From Microthyrium microscopicum (lineage: Eukaryota): 64,000 bases of DNA. Positions 62,185 through 64,000 of the stretch are shown here, one piece after another. A program made the position numbers and the translations under genes. The stretch spans positions 1,440,538 to 1,504,537 of the forward strand of contig MU004235.1 in the NCBI GenBank assembly GCA_010405405.1, given 5' to 3'. Position 1 is the first letter of the stretch, and the number at the start of each line of letters is the position of its first letter. The notes beneath the pieces are model-generated. The model was not told the origin of the DNA, searched no databases, and worked only from the letters and a program-made list of their open reading frames with translations.

Positions 62185-64000
62185 ATGGACCAACCTGTAA
62201 GTACTACATCCGCCTCACATGCCCGCCCACCAATTACAGCAAGCGCCTTCCTTTATTCCCTCAACTCCCTTCGCCTTGATGAACTTCACTTGACACTTTA
62301 ACTTGCATTATTCCACGCCCCTCCTCCAGCCTACACACCTCTTACACTCCCATCTCCCACCACTAATCCCTTTGATAATTCTCAACCCTCTAACCCATTC
62401 TTCCAGACCACCACCAAAAACCCAGACTCATTAGCAGAGAATCTGGCAGCAGTGAACTTAGCGGTTCAACCACCTACTGAGAATTTGAAGATGGATAGAC
62501 CGACTCCGACATTCCTCACTTTGCCGCCCGAGATTCGGCTGCAGATTTATGAGTGTTGTTTTGAGGCTTGTGGGGATGCGACGATGGTGTTGAAGCAGGT
62601 ATGTTCTAGTGAGGTTGTTGGAGGACTGAGTTGCTTGTCTGCGCCAGTGGCGTTGATGGGGAGTTCAGTGTATCAGTGGATGTTGGAAAGGTGGTGGTCT
62701 TGAGAGGGATATGTGCTAATGGGGTTGTAGCAAATTGAGCATGCTGATCCGGACATCGACACTGATAGTCCTGTTGACGATGAAGAGGATGACGGTGGTG
62801 AAGATGACGAAGAGCGCGATGAAGATGATGAGGACGGTGAGGGTGAGGATGACGATGAGGACGAAGAGGTGAGTTTCTACCCAACAGCAATTCTTGGGAA
62901 GTCCATGAAGTGTTTTGTCAACTACAGCGCTTCATGGGAATTTCAGCGTTTCATGCTCACTTGCACGTCTCATAGAGTTGATGGCTAACAAGAATTCAGG
63001 ACGACGAAGAAGAAGATGACGTCCAGCTTGACACTAACGGAGCTATCATCACTGATGCCGGACATGGCGCCAATGTTACCTCGAACTCTGCTCCTGTTGT
63101 CACTGAGATTCGACTCGACGATGAAGACGACGAGAGTGCTGATGAAGGTGGCGCTGGACAAGCTACCGCCACTCCTGCGATGATAGTTACCAATGTCTTC
63201 GCCGGTGATGCTGCCGAGGCGGATGAAGATGACGACGAAGATGACGGTGAAGATGATGATGACGGCGAAGAGGACGACGAGAATGCAGAGGACGAAGATG
63301 CCTCTGAGGACGCAGATATGGACGATGGTCCTCCACTGGCTCCAGAACCCGACATTGACGGAATGAAAGCCATCCTCGAGCGTCGCCCAGATCACCCAGG
63401 TCGCCAAACTCAATATCGCCACATGTTCGGCATTATGCAACTCTCTCATGCACCACCACCTCTGGCTCTACTTCAGACGAACAAGCAAGTCTACGATGAA
63501 TGCATCCACCACTACTATGGTAAGGAAGTGTTCTAGTTGTGATCTTAGTTCCTACTAACAAATCCCAGGAAAAGCGGCACTCTACTGGGACGTCACCGCC
63601 TCATTCGCCCACGAATCATTCTTCCGCGAAATGCTCGAGCACTTGCTCTCCAACACCAACGGTCCTCTTCTCCAGATCCGCCGCATCTTTCTCCGCTTCG
63701 TATGGGACTCTGAACTCATGCCACACTACCCATCCGGCCCAGTCATCGAGGCCGCTATTCTACCAGACCGCATCAACCAGATGGAGTCTCTCCTCAACGC
63801 TATGCCAAAACTCGAGAGAATCCAGCTGAACTATCATGACACCACTAACTCGACTCCTGGCGCTATAGAATTGCTATCCACGGTCGTCGAGAAGTTGGTT
63901 ATGGTCACCGCCAACAACATCTCGGGTCTTGCCGTGGATCTGGACACGAAGACATTCTTCCCTGAGACTGGTGTCGATCTTGCTGAGGGTTCGTTGTTGA
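62185..64000 (+). CDS. F-box-like protein with long acidic insert (3'-truncated by window edge)
   Basis: ATG 62185 with micro-exon, FLTLPPEIRLQIYE F-box-like motif, D/E-rich tract, LALLQTNKQVYDEC..YYG motif. Four introns, frame open at window end. Confidence 0.75.

Overview
Intron-rich eukaryotic DNA from a filamentous ascomycete (Pezizomycotina; short GT-AG introns with CTRAC branch points). About 24 protein-coding genes can be supported, mostly housekeeping: XPF/RAD1 nuclease (partial), V-ATPase subunit f, ELP3, succinyl-CoA ligase alpha, AP-2 mu, COQ8, NTA1, RPL39, eIF1A, NDUFA12, FYV10, BMT5, BRE1, a GH3 beta-glucosidase and INO80. Accessory genes include a HET-domain protein, a DUF1996-WSC protein, secreted/membrane proteins, a Zn2Cys6 factor and an MFS transporter. 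I recognised no tRNA, rRNA, CRISPR array or transposase. The outlier is a ~10 kb island (about 1.7-11.9 kb) with no recognisable protein gene but much non-random structure: (i) a minus-strand, multi-intron, apparently non-coding unit with 3-4 repeated hairpin modules, (ii) three paralogous TATA + CT-leader + hairpin units, two ending in a conserved T-run block and two sharing an 18-bp CGG motif, and (iii) a degenerate 150-190 bp repeat family carrying a 16-bp palindrome CCATCG-N4-CGATGG phased at 19 bp. A small nuclear ORF with a bacterial RnpA-like motif is also notable. All calls are by eye; no database search was run.
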